A stretch of 64,000 nucleotides of DNA from an uncultured Eubacteriales bacterium (GTDB lineage: Bacteria; Acidobacteriota; Aminicenantia; Aminicenantales; UBA8522), in NCBI GenBank assembly GCA_964651495.1, contig CAZYWP010000002.1, positions 13,035 through 77,034 on the forward strand. Reading direction: 5' to 3'. Both the position numbers and the translations under genes were made by a program. The notes beneath the pieces are model-generated. The model made no database searches. It was not told the DNA's origin and was given only the letters and a program-made list of their open reading frames with translations. Below are positions 45,420-55,625 of this stretch, in pieces. Positions within the stretch are counted from its first letter, which is position 1. Each line of letters begins with the position of its first letter.

Positions 45420-45548
45420 TTCATTCTCTCCGGCAGGAAATATAGAGGCCTGCGCTCTCCAATATGAATTACGAAATTACGCGCCCAATAGTTCGCCGGC
45501 TTGCCGGCGGACAGTCCCTGGCAGCCGCGCCGATGCAAGGACGGCTGT

Positions 45549-46751
45549 TCAATCGCTGGTCATGATGAAGAGCGGTTTGTGATGGAAGCTCTTGTAGAGC
45601 GGGCGCAGGCGGTCGTGATCGTAGTACTTATCCACATCGACGACCTTCTTCGTGCTGGTCACGATTTCGATCGGAACATCATCGTATTCGCCGTTGCGCA
45701 GGCAGACCATGCGGCCCGTCTTTTTGTCCAGGACGAGGTCCAGGGCGAGGTTGCCGTAGGCCATCGGCACGATCGAATCCACCGCGTCCGGGTCGCCGCA
45801 GCGTACGAGATAACTCAGCTTCTGGGTGATGACGTTGATGCGCCGGCCGAGGTTGTATTTCGGCGAGAGGTCCCTGAGCCGGCCGGAAACATAATCGCCG
45901 ATCCCGCCCAGCTTCTGATGGCCATACATGTCTTTCTCATCGCTGGCGAAAACCATATCGCCCCCCTCGACCATCGCGCCCTCCGAGACGAGGACGACGG
46001 AATACAGGCTCGGGTTCTCGGCCCGGTCCTCGGTCATCAGCTCGCACAGGCGCTCCATATTGAACTTGTGCTCGGGGATGAGGCAGCGGTTGGCGGCCCC
46101 GGCCATGGTCGGAAGGAGCGCCGTGAACCCGGCATACCGGCCAAAGATTTCGATGACCAAAAAGCGTTCGTGGGACCCCGCCGTCGTCCTCAAGGCATGG
46201 GTCAGGCTGATGGTCCTCGTCATGCAGGTGCTGAACCCGAGGCAATAATCGGTGCCCGGCACGTCCCCGTCCATGGTCTTGGGAATGGCAATGACCTTCA
46301 CCCCTTTTTGGTGAAGGCTGACGGCATAGCTCAGGGTATCGTCGCCGCCGATGGGAATGAGGTAATCGATCCCGAGAAACTCGATGTTCTTCAGGACTTC
46401 TTCCGTCAGGTCATTCGTCTTCGCTTTATAGTGATCACGCAAGTGCATCGGCACGTTGACATCGGGGACATGGCTCGGCCGGGTGCGGGAAGTATGGAGA
46501 AATGTGCCTCCCGTGCGGCCAACCCTGTTTACGATCTCTTCACTCAGGGTCTGGCAGCAGTCGATATTATCGGCCCCTTTTTCCCGGCTGATTTCGATGA
46601 GCCCCGCCCAGCCGCGGCGGATGCCGATGACTTCATAGCCTTCATGGATCGCCCGGATGGTGACAGCCCGGATGGCCGGGTTGAGCCCGGGGACATCGCC
46701 GCCGCCGGTGAGGATGCCGATGATTCCTTTTTTGGTGCTTGCGTTAGCCAT
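45549..46751 (-). CDS. pfp: Phosphofructokinase, probably pyrophosphate-dependent (PPi-PFK).
   Basis: ATG at 46751 with an AAGGAGAGAGA ribosome-binding site. PFK-family motifs are present (GILTGGGDVPGLN, PKTMDGDV, MGR-like). The GGDDT motif, rather than the GGDGS of ATP-dependent enzymes, favours PPi dependence; that is established knowledge about these motifs applied by inference here. Confidence 0.75.
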   Translation of the reverse strand: MANASTKKGIIGILTGGGDVPGLNPAIRAVTIRAIHEGYEVIGIRRGWAGLIEISREKGADNIDCCQTLSEEIVNRVGRTGGTFLHTSRTRPSHVPDVNVPMHLRDHYKAKTNDLTEEVLKNIEFLGIDYLIPIGGDDTLSYAVSLHQKGVKVIAIPKTMDGDVPGTDYCLGFSTCMTRTISLTHALRTTAGSHERFLVIEIFGRYAGFTALLPTMAGAANRCLIPEHKFNMERLCELMTEDRAENPSLYSVVLVSEGAMVEGGDMVFASDEKDMYGHQKLGGIGDYVSGRLRDLSPKYNLGRRINVITQKLSYLVRCGDPDAVDSIVPMAYGNLALDLVLDKKTGRMVCLRNGEYDDVPIEIVTSTKKVVDVDKYYDHDRLRPLYKSFHHKPLFIMTSD

Positions 46752-46858
46752 GGTCTCTCTCCTTGTCGAGCGCCGGCCCGGCCGTGCGCCCGCAGTATGC
46801 GTCTCCGGCCTGAGCAGACGGTTATTCAATCTCGGCCCGAACGGAGGGACGCTCGGTT

Positions 46859-48043
46859 ATGAAAATATACGCGGACGGGCCGTCTCTGTCAACTTTGAGG
46901 GCAAAACTCTCCGGCTTGCCAAACCTCGGGCTTTTTATTATAGATAAGCCGATGCTCCGTCATTTGCCGGTCGCAACTCCCCGCCCCGACATCGCCAAGT
47001 TCACCAGGATCCTGGCAGGCAAAGAAAAGGGCACCGCGCCGCCGCTCATCGAGTACCTCGTCGATGAGGTTGTGCTGGAACCGATCGTGACCGTCTTGCT
47101 GGGGCGGCCATGGACAAACGAAGGGCCGGACCGAGAATCCCAAAAATCCTACCTGGACAATTTCATCGAGTTCTGGGTTCGGATGGGCTACGATTTCGTC
47201 CGGTTTGAACGCGGCCTGCCGTTCCAGATCAAGCAGATCCTGGCGCCGGACGCGGCACCCGGTTCCGCCAAACAGAGAGCCTGGGCGGAGGAACACAGCG
47301 GCAGCATCCAGAGCTGGGAGGATTTCGAGCGCTATCCCTGGCCGAAGGTTGAAGAAATGGATTTCTTTCCCTTTGAGTATCTCAACGCCAACCTTCCCGA
47401 CGGAATGGGGCTCCTCACTTGCCATGCTGGCGGGATTTTTGAACACCTCTCCTGGATCATGTCTCTGGAGGGGCTGGGGCTCGCGCTCATCGATGATCCC
47501 GGGCTGGTAAGGGCGGTCTCGAATCAAATCGGCGGGTTATTCCTGAGTTTCTACAAACATCTCCTCGACCTTGACCGGGTGGCCGCGATTTTTGCCGGCG
47601 ACGATATGGGATTTCGTACCGGAACCCTGATCTCTCCCTCCGACCTGAGAAAATACTGCCTCCCCTGGCAGGCGCGCTTTGCGGCCATGGCCCACGGAAA
47701 AGGGATCCCCTACCACCTGCATTCCTGCGGCAACATCATGGCCGTCATGGAGGACCTGGTCGAGACGGTGGGAATCGACGGCAAGCATTCCTTCGAGGAC
47801 GCCATCCTGCCGGTGGAGGAATTTCAAGCGCGCTATGGCGACAGGATCGCCGTTCTGGGCGGGCTCGACGTCCACATTCTCGCCTCTTCAACACAGGATG
47901 GGGTGAGGCAAAAAACACGAGCGCTGATCGAGGCCTGCGGGAAGCGGGGCCGCTACGCCATCGGCTCCGGCAATTCCATCCCCAGCTACGTGCCCGTCGA
48001 GAACTACCTGGCCATGATCGACGAAGCCCTCGATCAGAAATAG
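46859..48043 (+). CDS. Uroporphyrinogen decarboxylase (URO-D) / MtaA-CmuA family protein.
   Basis: A TIM-barrel URO-D-like pattern (...AIFAGDDMGFRTGTLISPSDLRKYCLPW..., HLHSCGN). The exact start is uncertain. Confidence 0.6.
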   Translation: MKIYADGPSLSTLRAKLSGLPNLGLFIIDKPMLRHLPVATPRPDIAKFTRILAGKEKGTAPPLIEYLVDEVVLEPIVTVLLGRPWTNEGPDRESQKSYLDNFIEFWVRMGYDFVRFERGLPFQIKQILAPDAAPGSAKQRAWAEEHSGSIQSWEDFERYPWPKVEEMDFFPFEYLNANLPDGMGLLTCHAGGIFEHLSWIMSLEGLGLALIDDPGLVRAVSNQIGGLFLSFYKHLLDLDRVAAIFAGDDMGFRTGTLISPSDLRKYCLPWQARFAAMAHGKGIPYHLHSCGNIMAVMEDLVETVGIDGKHSFEDAILPVEEFQARYGDRIAVLGGLDVHILASSTQDGVRQKTRALIEACGKRGRYAIGSGNSIPSYVPVENYLAMIDEALDQK

Positions 48044-48049
48044 GCCGAA

Positions 48050-48709
48050 TTAGTATCTTCCTCGCGTTTCCTTGTTGAGACGGCCGAAGAATTCGACCAT
48101 GAATTTATGACGCTCGCGGGCGATGCGCTTTCCCTCGCGCGTAAACATGCGGCCCTTGATTTTGCTCAATTTCACTAAAAATTCCCGATAGGCCGTGTCT
48201 TCCCTGGTGTATGGTTTTGTCCGGTGGACTATGATATCCGGGTCGTGGAGCCGGGCGCCGACTTCACCGGCAAAAAGAAAGGCTCGGCCGATCCCGACCG
48301 CACCGATGGAGTCCAGCTTATCCGCATCGAATAGGATTTTGGCCTCCAGCGATTCGGGGATGCGATTTCTCCGGAAGCGGTGAGTCTCGATGCAATGGAC
48401 GATCCGGTCGATGATATCTCTACTGAGGCCATGCGTCTCGAGAATCTTTCTGGCCAGCTCGGCGCCTCTCTCTCCGTGACAGATCTTCCCGTTCGAGCTG
48501 TCTTCCTCCTCCCTTCCGATGTCGTGAAGGACGGCGGCGAGCCGCAAGACCATGAGGTCGGCCGTCTCCTTTTTGCCGATGCCCAAGCAGAGTTGAAGCA
48601 CGCGCTCCGTATGGTCCCAATCGTGGCTGCCCCGGGCGCTGTGGAAATATCCCCGCGCTTCTTTCTTGATCCTTTCGAATTCGCGTTCAAAAACGATTCT
48701 GCTCTTCAT
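48050..48709 (-). CDS. HD-domain metal-dependent phosphohydrolase.
   Basis: HDWDHTERV...LHDIGR matches the H..HD...H...D motif of HD hydrolases. Confidence 0.7.
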   Translation of the reverse strand: MKSRIVFEREFERIKKEARGYFHSARGSHDWDHTERVLQLCLGIGKKETADLMVLRLAAVLHDIGREEEDSSNGKICHGERGAELARKILETHGLSRDIIDRIVHCIETHRFRRNRIPESLEAKILFDADKLDSIGAVGIGRAFLFAGEVGARLHDPDIIVHRTKPYTREDTAYREFLVKLSKIKGRMFTREGKRIARERHKFMVEFFGRLNKETRGRY

Positions 48710-48963
48710 CCGATCTCGCCGGCGATTGATCTTTCATTATATGAATCGGCCATAATTTTTCCAGACCGCTGCCTCTTTGGTCCATGATATGCTCAGGCAA
48801 ACGAAAGTCAATTCCCGTTCAGTCGTGATAAGGCGACAATTTAAAGAACTCCCGCCGCGAAATGCCCCCTAAAACGCAGGGTGTCCGACCGAGACCGTCC
48901 CGGCAAAGCTTTGACTATTTCCGTTGTCTAATTGGGTGAAACGACTCAATCAAGGAGGATCGC

Positions 48964-50322
48964 ATGGCCAGACGTTTTGGAAGCGCAGCCCTATCTTTAA
49001 TTTTCATCCTAACGCCGGGCGTCTCCCCTTCAGCCAAAGCGCCCGGCCCGGACACATCCCAGTGGAGACAGCCGGTCCAAAGAGACGGGACCATTGAAAG
49101 CCGCATTCGCGCCGACGTTCCGCAGCAGTTTCGCCGGCTCTATGCCTCCCTCGACGCCGCTATCAGAAAAAACCACAGCCTCGTTAGCCGTCAGTGGGAC
49201 GGAAAACGGTATCCGGGCTTCATGCCTGCAGCCTCGGTCCTGCCCGCCAACTCCAACGCCGGGCTCGAGATGCTCACGCTTCAGAATCTGGAGATCGCCA
49301 AGAGATACATCCTGGCCCTGAAGGACCTCGGCTGCCTCGGGGTCCAGCTCGATATCCAGTACCCGGTCTATGACCCCGCCTATTTTCAATTCGCCAGGGA
49401 CAGGGCGCTTATCCCGCTCGATTCTCCCGACGACCGGGATTTCCGCCGATTCTACAGGGAGCTGGTCCAGGAAATTCAGGGGCTCGGCCTGAAGATCTTT
49501 ATCGAAAACCAGGTGACATTCACCCAGAAGACATGGTCGCCGCTGCCAGTCGCCCAGTACTACGAGTACTTGAACGGGCAGGGGAAAGCGGGCTTTGAAG
49601 CCTATAAAAGAGGCCGGATGGAGATGGCCAGGCTCATCGCCGCGGACCTTCAGCCCGATTTTCTCACTGTCAGCAATGAGCCGGACACCGAGATGGACTT
49701 AACCGGCATTCTGCCGCTCCAACGGCCGGAAAATTATCTGCAGATGGTCCGGGAGATCATCAGCGAAACCAGGCCCGTCCTCCCGCCGAACACGAAGCTC
49801 GGCGCGGGCATCGGAATCTGGATGAAAGACTGGGAATATTGGGTCAGGGCCCTGCTCAGGATGGACATTGACTTCTTCAACATCCACCTCTATCCGGTCG
49901 ACATCTACACCAAGGACGAAAGAGACAACATCATCCCCCGAACCCTCAGGACGTCCGACCTGGCCCACGAGGCGGGGAAAGGCGTGGTGATGGGCGAGAC
50001 CTGGCTCTATAAAATGGGCAGGCAGGATTCAAGAGATCCGGTGGTCATCTACGGCCGGGATTACTTCGATTTCTGGGCACCGCTCGACCAGCAATTTCTG
50101 GGGCTGATGCTCAAGATCGGGCACGCTAAAAGGTTCGATTACATCTCTCCTTTTTGGTCTTCATTTTTCTTCTCCTATCTGACCTGGGAAGAAGCCAAAT
50201 CGCTGAGCACGGCCGAACGGAAAAGAATGAACAACCGAAAGGTCCTTCAGAATTTGATGCGCGGCCGCTTGAGCGAGACGGGGCTCTGGTATAAGAAGAT
50301 GAATGAGCGGGGACCGGCATAA
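48964..50322 (+). CDS. Secreted TIM-barrel glycoside-hydrolase-like protein (GH-A clan-like).
   Basis: Signal peptide. An NEP motif (VSNEPDTEM) and a downstream GETW are consistent with GH-A acid/base and nucleophile positions. The assignment is tentative. Confidence 0.45.
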   Translation: MARRFGSAALSLIFILTPGVSPSAKAPGPDTSQWRQPVQRDGTIESRIRADVPQQFRRLYASLDAAIRKNHSLVSRQWDGKRYPGFMPAASVLPANSNAGLEMLTLQNLEIAKRYILALKDLGCLGVQLDIQYPVYDPAYFQFARDRALIPLDSPDDRDFRRFYRELVQEIQGLGLKIFIENQVTFTQKTWSPLPVAQYYEYLNGQGKAGFEAYKRGRMEMARLIAADLQPDFLTVSNEPDTEMDLTGILPLQRPENYLQMVREIISETRPVLPPNTKLGAGIGIWMKDWEYWVRALLRMDIDFFNIHLYPVDIYTKDERDNIIPRTLRTSDLAHEAGKGVVMGETWLYKMGRQDSRDPVVIYGRDYFDFWAPLDQQFLGLMLKIGHAKRFDYISPFWSSFFFSYLTWEEAKSLSTAERKRMNNRKVLQNLMRGRLSETGLWYKKMNERGPA

Positions 50323-50387
50323 GCTCGGCCTGGAAAAAAAAGGGACGGTCCTCATTTCAATTCGCTTCAGAATCGTCCCCTCCGATT

Positions 50388-50957
50388 TCACTCCGACTTG
50401 ATCTGGGCGCCGCAGTGAGGACAGACCTTCCACGACGCTTCCACAGACTTTCCGCAGCTCCGGCAGACCGGCTGGAGCGCCGCACCGCAATGCGGACAAT
50501 AAGTGAATGTTTTCTCCACCGGTTTCTGGCAGTTCGGACAGGAGATTGTCGGTTGGGCTGGAGGAGCTATCGATGGCGCGGTCGCGTCCTGGTCCTGAGT
50601 CGGAATCGGGTGGTCCTGGCGAACGATCAAGTAGATGATCAGCCCGACCAGGTTTCCGATAAAGACCAGCAGAGCCCACAGCACCCCGTTCATCTTCCGC
50701 TCCTCGGCATCCTTGTAAACCCAGACGATGACCACAATCCAGACCAGGAAAAAGACGAAGGAGAGCGACCAAAGCGGGACGAACGGAAACCAGGGCTTGA
50801 AAGCGAATCCGTTGACCGAGATATTGTGAAACCCGCGGGACAGCCCCAGGAATACGCCCAGGGGAGCAAGGGCCAAAGGAGTCAGAACAAACGCCAGGAA
50901 AAGCACCACCAGGATGAATATCACCAGAGCGGTCATTTTTCCTGAGAGAGCAGCCAT
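50388..50957 (-). CDS. Membrane protein with a PLDc_N-like domain and a C-terminal double zinc-ribbon.
   Basis: ATG at 50957 with an AGGAGG ribosome-binding site 7 nt upstream. Transmembrane helices with VWVYKDAEERKMNG match the PLDc_N WxxxDAxxR motif. The C-terminus reads CPNC...CPHCG...CRSCG...CPHCG. Confidence 0.55.
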   Translation of the reverse strand: MAALSGKMTALVIFILVVLFLAFVLTPLALAPLGVFLGLSRGFHNISVNGFAFKPWFPFVPLWSLSFVFFLVWIVVIVWVYKDAEERKMNGVLWALLVFIGNLVGLIIYLIVRQDHPIPTQDQDATAPSIAPPAQPTISCPNCQKPVEKTFTYCPHCGAALQPVCRSCGKSVEASWKVCPHCGAQIKSE

Positions 50958-50985
50958 ATTCGACCTCCTGATATATGGTTTGAAC

Positions 50986-51477
50986 TCACTTGACTTGTCC
51001 AAGTTCCATATGGATGAGACGCCGCCGGCGCATGATCACCGGCGCAAGAAAAAGCGTTAGGCCATTCTGCAGGATGAGTATCAGCAGCAGAATGATCTCG
51101 GCCGTCAACTCCTGACTCTTTGAGAATTCCTCGATCCCGGGGATGAGGAAGGCGAGTGTAAGAGCGGTCAGGACGGCGAGCGCAGCCCAGATCGGCCAGG
51201 GGACCGAGGCGTCCCGGGAAAGGGCCGCCTGTTTTTGGCCGGGGTGCCGGCGGCTGATCTCGGCGCAGCATAGGCTTCGGACTTGGGCATCAACGTCGGC
51301 GGGGAGCTCGGGCTTCGACGCCTTCTCGAGACAGGAGCGGACGTCCGCTAAAAATTCCTTAAAAAACGCGCAGCCGGGGCAGTGAGCCAGATGGTCCTCA
51401 ATGGAGAGCTGTTCCTCCCGGCTCAACACCCTGTCGCCGGCCTCGAGCATCAAACGCTCAAGATCTTGACATCGCAT
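50986..51477 (-). CDS. Zinc-finger (ZAS-like) anti-sigma factor with a C-terminal transmembrane segment.
   Basis: The HLAHCPGC motif of zinc-binding anti-sigma factors, then a transmembrane helix (PWPIWAALAVLTALTLAFLIPGI). It overlaps the sigma gene end by 28 nt. Confidence 0.6.
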   Translation of the reverse strand: MRCQDLERLMLEAGDRVLSREEQLSIEDHLAHCPGCAFFKEFLADVRSCLEKASKPELPADVDAQVRSLCCAEISRRHPGQKQAALSRDASVPWPIWAALAVLTALTLAFLIPGIEEFSKSQELTAEIILLLILILQNGLTLFLAPVIMRRRRLIHMELGQVK

Positions 51478-52010
51478 TTGACTCTCTCCGTTCTGGGGTT
51501 GTACTCGCTAAGCTCCTTCTGGAGCCTCCTGATGGCGCGGAAGAGCAGCGATTTCACCGTCCCGACCGGGATTCCCAAAGCCTCCGCAATTTCCGCCTGG
51601 CGCAGGCCTTCGACCTCTTTCAGCACGAAAATGCGGCGCTGTCGCTCCGGCAACCGGGCGATGGCCAGGCTGATGCTTCTCTGGAGCGCAGCCTGCTCCG
51701 CGTCCCAGGCCGGGTCGGCCCCCACTTCTCCGGGATCGGCCGGTTTCTGGCCGGCCGCCCTGAATAAGAACAGTCGCCTGATTCGGGTTCTCCGCAGACG
51801 GTCACGGTGCAAGTTGACCAGGACTGTCAATAACCAGGGTTTTAGATCCTCCCCTATACCCTTCTCGGGGGGATGTTTGGCCACCCGAAGCCAGACCTCT
51901 TGAAACATATCCTCCGCCTCTCCCCGGTCTCGCGCCAGATAACAGGCGAAATGAAACACCTCGGCCTTGTAGCGGCTATAGAGCTCGTCGAACTCCTGGG
52001 CCGATGTCAT
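51450..52010 (-). CDS. ECF-family RNA polymerase sigma factor.
   Basis: Region 2 MFQEVWLRVAKH and region 4 LRQAEIAEALGIPVGTVKSLLFRAIRRLQKEL. Confidence 0.8.
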   Translation of the reverse strand: MTSAQEFDELYSRYKAEVFHFACYLARDRGEAEDMFQEVWLRVAKHPPEKGIGEDLKPWLLTVLVNLHRDRLRRTRIRRLFLFRAAGQKPADPGEVGADPAWDAEQAALQRSISLAIARLPERQRRIFVLKEVEGLRQAEIAEALGIPVGTVKSLLFRAIRRLQKELSEYNPRTERVKCDVKILSV

Positions 52011-52167
52011 CTCTGCTCTCTGCTCAGCTCCATTTCATTACAATGAACGCACGATTGCCCAAAAAGTTCCGGCAAAAGAGTATTGGGCGAAATATTTGCT
52101 GTCGAAGCGCATACCTTTTATATGATAATATCAACGGAAGAGAATAGGCTATGCTGGGAAACCGAAC

Positions 52168-53202
52168 ATGTTGATGAAGAAAGCCCCCGATCTTAAGTAC
52201 TCGGAGATCACGCCGAAAAAGCTCTACCTTAACCGGCGGCAATTTATTGCTGGATCGACCGCGTTGGCCGCCAGCGCGCTGGCCAAGCCGTTATTTCCTC
52301 AAGAGGCATCCGATCCTCTCGGACAGGCCTGGGCAGACACACCCGGGAGAAGCCAGCAACCTCAGGACATCCGGCAGAGCCCTCCTGGCGCCGGCCAAGC
52401 GCCACCAAAGCTCGTTATCGCCAAACGCAGCGAGTTCACCCTGCCCGAGGACAAAATCACTCCCTCTGAAACGGCCACGGGCTACGTGAATTTTTATGAG
52501 TTCTCTACGGGAAAGCGGGAGACGGTGGAGCTGGCCCGAAATCTCCGCACCCGTCCCTGGACCATCGCCGTGGAAGGATTAGTCAAGGAGCCGAAGACAT
52601 TCGATGCCGCTGAGCTCATCCGGATGTTCCCGCTCGAGGAGCGCGTCTACCGCTGGCGCTGCGTCGAAGCCTGGTCCATGGTCATCCCCTGGGTCGGGTT
52701 TCCGCTCGCCGATTTCATCAAGAAATGCGAGCCGACCTCCCAGGCCAGGTTCGTCGAGTTCACGACCCTGCTCGACCCCGGGCAGATGCCGGGCCAGCGG
52801 ACAAACGTCCTCAAGTGGCCGTATATCGAGGGGCTGCGGATGGACGAAGCCATGCACTCTCTAGCTCTCCTTGCCGTCGGCATGTACGGTGAATTCCTGC
52901 CGCCCCAGAACGGCGCCCCGATTCGGCTTGTCATCCCCTGGAAATATGGTTTCAAGAGCATCAAATCCATCGTCAAGGTCCGCTTCGTCGAGAAAATGCC
53001 TCGCAGCGCCTGGATACGCCAGCGCCCCGAAGAATACGGTTTTTATGCCAACGTCAACCCTTTTGTCTCCCATCCGCGCTGGAGCCAGGAAAAGGAGCGG
53101 AGGATCGGGGAGGACGGCAAGCGCCCGACTCTCATCTTCAACGGCTACGAAGAGCAAGTGGAAAGCCTCTATGCCGGTATGAACCTGAAAAGGTACTACT
53201 GA
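52168..53202 (+). CDS. msrP: Periplasmic protein-methionine-sulfoxide reductase catalytic subunit MsrP (YedY-like molybdopterin oxidoreductase).
   Basis: Tat signal ([17 protein letters not shown]). Sulfite-oxidase-fold motifs typical of MsrP/YedY ([46 protein letters not shown]). Confidence 0.8.
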   Translation: MLMKKAPDLKYSEITPKKLYLNRRQFIAGSTALAASALAKPLFPQEASDPLGQAWADTPGRSQQPQDIRQSPPGAGQAPPKLVIAKRSEFTLPEDKITPSETATGYVNFYEFSTGKRETVELARNLRTRPWTIAVEGLVKEPKTFDAAELIRMFPLEERVYRWRCVEAWSMVIPWVGFPLADFIKKCEPTSQARFVEFTTLLDPGQMPGQRTNVLKWPYIEGLRMDEAMHSLALLAVGMYGEFLPPQNGAPIRLVIPWKYGFKSIKSIVKVRFVEKMPRSAWIRQRPEEYGFYANVNPFVSHPRWSQEKERRIGEDGKRPTLIFNGYEEQVESLYAGMNLKRYY

Positions 53203-53232
53203 AACAAACCGGCTCTGTCTAAAAGCCCGGGA

Positions 53233-55425
53233 ATGTTGTCATCACCGTTCAATCCTTCTATAATTCAGGAAAACATGATTCCTTTCTCTTCCAGGCAGAC
53301 GCAAGGCCGGCGCCGGATAATGATCCTGACTCTTTTTCTCGCCCTCCTTCTTTGGCCTCAGAATATCCAGTCCGCAGCCCCGGAACCCCGCCTCAACCTC
53401 CTCCTTATCACCATCGACACGCTCCGGGCTGACAGAGTGAGCGCGTATGATCCTAAGCATCTTGGGACGCCCAACATGGACAGCCTGGCGGCCAATGGCG
53501 TTCTGTTCACCCGGGCCTTTGCCAACACCACCACCACGCTTCCCTCGCACACCAACATTCTTCTGGGAACCACACCTTCTTGCCACGGCGTCCATGACAA
53601 CGCCAATTTCGTCGTCCGAGGGGAATTCCTGACCCTGGCGGAGCACCTCAAGAGCTCCGGCTATGCGACGGGCGCTTTCCTGGGCGGATTTCCCCTCGAC
53701 GCGCGCTTTGGGCTCAACCAGGGATTCGACGTCTACGACGACGACTTCAGCCGGGCCGAAGAGGGTGTCGAAAAAGGTCGGGAGCGCCGGGCGCAGGCCG
53801 TCGTGGACAGCTCCCTGAAGTGGCTGGCAGGGCAAAAATCTCCTTGGTTTCTCTGGATTCATCTGTATGATCCTCACGACCCCTACACGCCTCTCGAGCC
53901 TTATAAAACCCGGTTCGCCGCCAATCCTTACGACGGAGAGGTGGCTTATACTGACGCCGTAATCGGAAATCTCATCCGCGGCCTGGAGCAAAATGGCCGT
54001 CTTTCCGATACGGTGCTCATCCTCACCGGAGACCACGGCGAATCCCTGGGGGAGCACGGCGAAAAGACGCACGGCTACCTCGCCTACAATACAACCCTCT
54101 GGATCCCCCTGATTATTCAAGCCCCGGGATTGGAGCACCGGGTCATCTCGCAGAACATCTCCCACCTTGATATTTTCCCGACAGTCTGTGACCTGCTCGA
54201 CCTCCCGAAGCCCGATTTTCTCCAGGGGAACTCGCTTCGTCCCCTGCTCCAAGGCAAGAAGATCGGGGACCGGAAGATCTTTTTTGAGTCTCTTTCCCCC
54301 TACTACAATATGGGGTGGGGGCCGATCGCCGGGTACATCAGGAAAAACGAAAAATATATCGATTCTCCCGTTCCCGAGCTCTATGACTTGGCCAGGGATT
54401 TCGACGAGAAAAAAAACCAGGCCGGGAGCAAGAACCTGACCGACTACAAGAAGCGCCTGGATGGGATATTCCAGCGCCAGGCTTCAGCGGCGAGCCTCAC
54501 GGCCGAGCAGAAGATGGACCGGGAAACCCAGGAGCGCCTGAGAAGCCTCGGCTATCTGGCCAGCCTCCAGGGGTCGAGAAAAAAAACATTCCGGCCGGAA
54601 GATGATGTCAAAGCCCTCCTCCCTTACCACAACAAATCCATGGAGGCGCTGGACCTCTTCCGCGCCGGAAAGGCCGGGGAGGCGATCCGAGCTCTCCGAG
54701 AAATCATCACGGCGCGGGGAAACATCAAGACGGCCTACCTGAACCTCGCCATGATCTACAAAAGACAAGGGAGATTGGACGACGCCGTCGCCGTCCTGGA
54801 GGCGGGCCAGGAGGCACTTCCCGAAAACTATGAGCTCTACGCAGAAACGATCGCTTGTCTCTATGACGCCGGAACGTTCAGTGAAGCCATCCAGGCTTTC
54901 GAGCGGAAGAGCCCGCCGGAAAGAGAGCTTGACCCGGTTGTCTGGGTGTATGCCGGGCTCGCCCACTGGAAAATCGGAAACGATCAAAAGGCCGTCGAGC
55001 TTTATAAAAAATCGATTTCCATCGACCCGAAATTCTCCGTTCCCCACACCAACCTCGGCACCCTCTTCGCCTTTGATTTCAGAAAAACAAACGACCCGGC
55101 GTCTTCCCAAAGGTCGGTGGAGAGCTACGAAAAGGCCATCCGCCTTGACCCTTCCTCCGGTGACGCCTTCCAAGGACTGGGTGTCGCCTATTATCTGGCA
55201 AAAAATTACGACCAGGCGATCACCAGCTTGAACCGGGCTCTCGAGATTGAGCCGGGCCTGGATGAGGCCGTATTTTTCCTCGGCCTGGCTCACCTGGACA
55301 AGAAAGACCATGCCCGGGCCTATCAATATTTCATCAAATATAAAAGCACCCCGACCTACGACCGCCTCACCCCGGCGGAAAAGGCCCGGCTGGAAGAGTA
55401 TATCGCCGCCAGCAAAAAGGAATGA
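53233..55425 (+). CDS. Sulfatase-like (alkaline-phosphatase superfamily) hydrolase/transferase fused to C-terminal TPR repeats.
   Basis: A metal-site opening LLITIDTLRADR followed by a nucleophile region TTTLPSHTNILLG. This has Thr/Ser rather than the CxPxR formylglycine motif, so it is probably not a true sulfatase. At least six TPR-like helices occupy the last 300 aa. Confidence 0.65.
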   Translation: MLSSPFNPSIIQENMIPFSSRQTQGRRRIMILTLFLALLLWPQNIQSAAPEPRLNLLLITIDTLRADRVSAYDPKHLGTPNMDSLAANGVLFTRAFANTTTTLPSHTNILLGTTPSCHGVHDNANFVVRGEFLTLAEHLKSSGYATGAFLGGFPLDARFGLNQGFDVYDDDFSRAEEGVEKGRERRAQAVVDSSLKWLAGQKSPWFLWIHLYDPHDPYTPLEPYKTRFAANPYDGEVAYTDAVIGNLIRGLEQNGRLSDTVLILTGDHGESLGEHGEKTHGYLAYNTTLWIPLIIQAPGLEHRVISQNISHLDIFPTVCDLLDLPKPDFLQGNSLRPLLQGKKIGDRKIFFESLSPYYNMGWGPIAGYIRKNEKYIDSPVPELYDLARDFDEKKNQAGSKNLTDYKKRLDGIFQRQASAASLTAEQKMDRETQERLRSLGYLASLQGSRKKTFRPEDDVKALLPYHNKSMEALDLFRAGKAGEAIRALREIITARGNIKTAYLNLAMIYKRQGRLDDAVAVLEAGQEALPENYELYAETIACLYDAGTFSEAIQAFERKSPPERELDPVVWVYAGLAHWKIGNDQKAVELYKKSISIDPKFSVPHTNLGTLFAFDFRKTNDPASSQRSVESYEKAIRLDPSSGDAFQGLGVAYYLAKNYDQAITSLNRALEIEPGLDEAVFFLGLAHLDKKDHARAYQYFIKYKSTPTYDRLTPAEKARLEEYIAASKKE

Positions 55426-55625
55426 CTGTCTGTCGTCCTCGACATCTGTAGCTTCGAAGCCTCCCCCGGCCCACCTTCCGCTATTTTCAGCTCAACTTGA
55501 CCTCCGATCACGCTGCGATTTATCATCCCTAACGACGGGATGATGCAAAATCGGTGCATGAACCCTCATTCAGCCGGCACACCAGAAAACGAAATGCTTT
55601 TCGATGTTAGGATAATTCTAGTATC

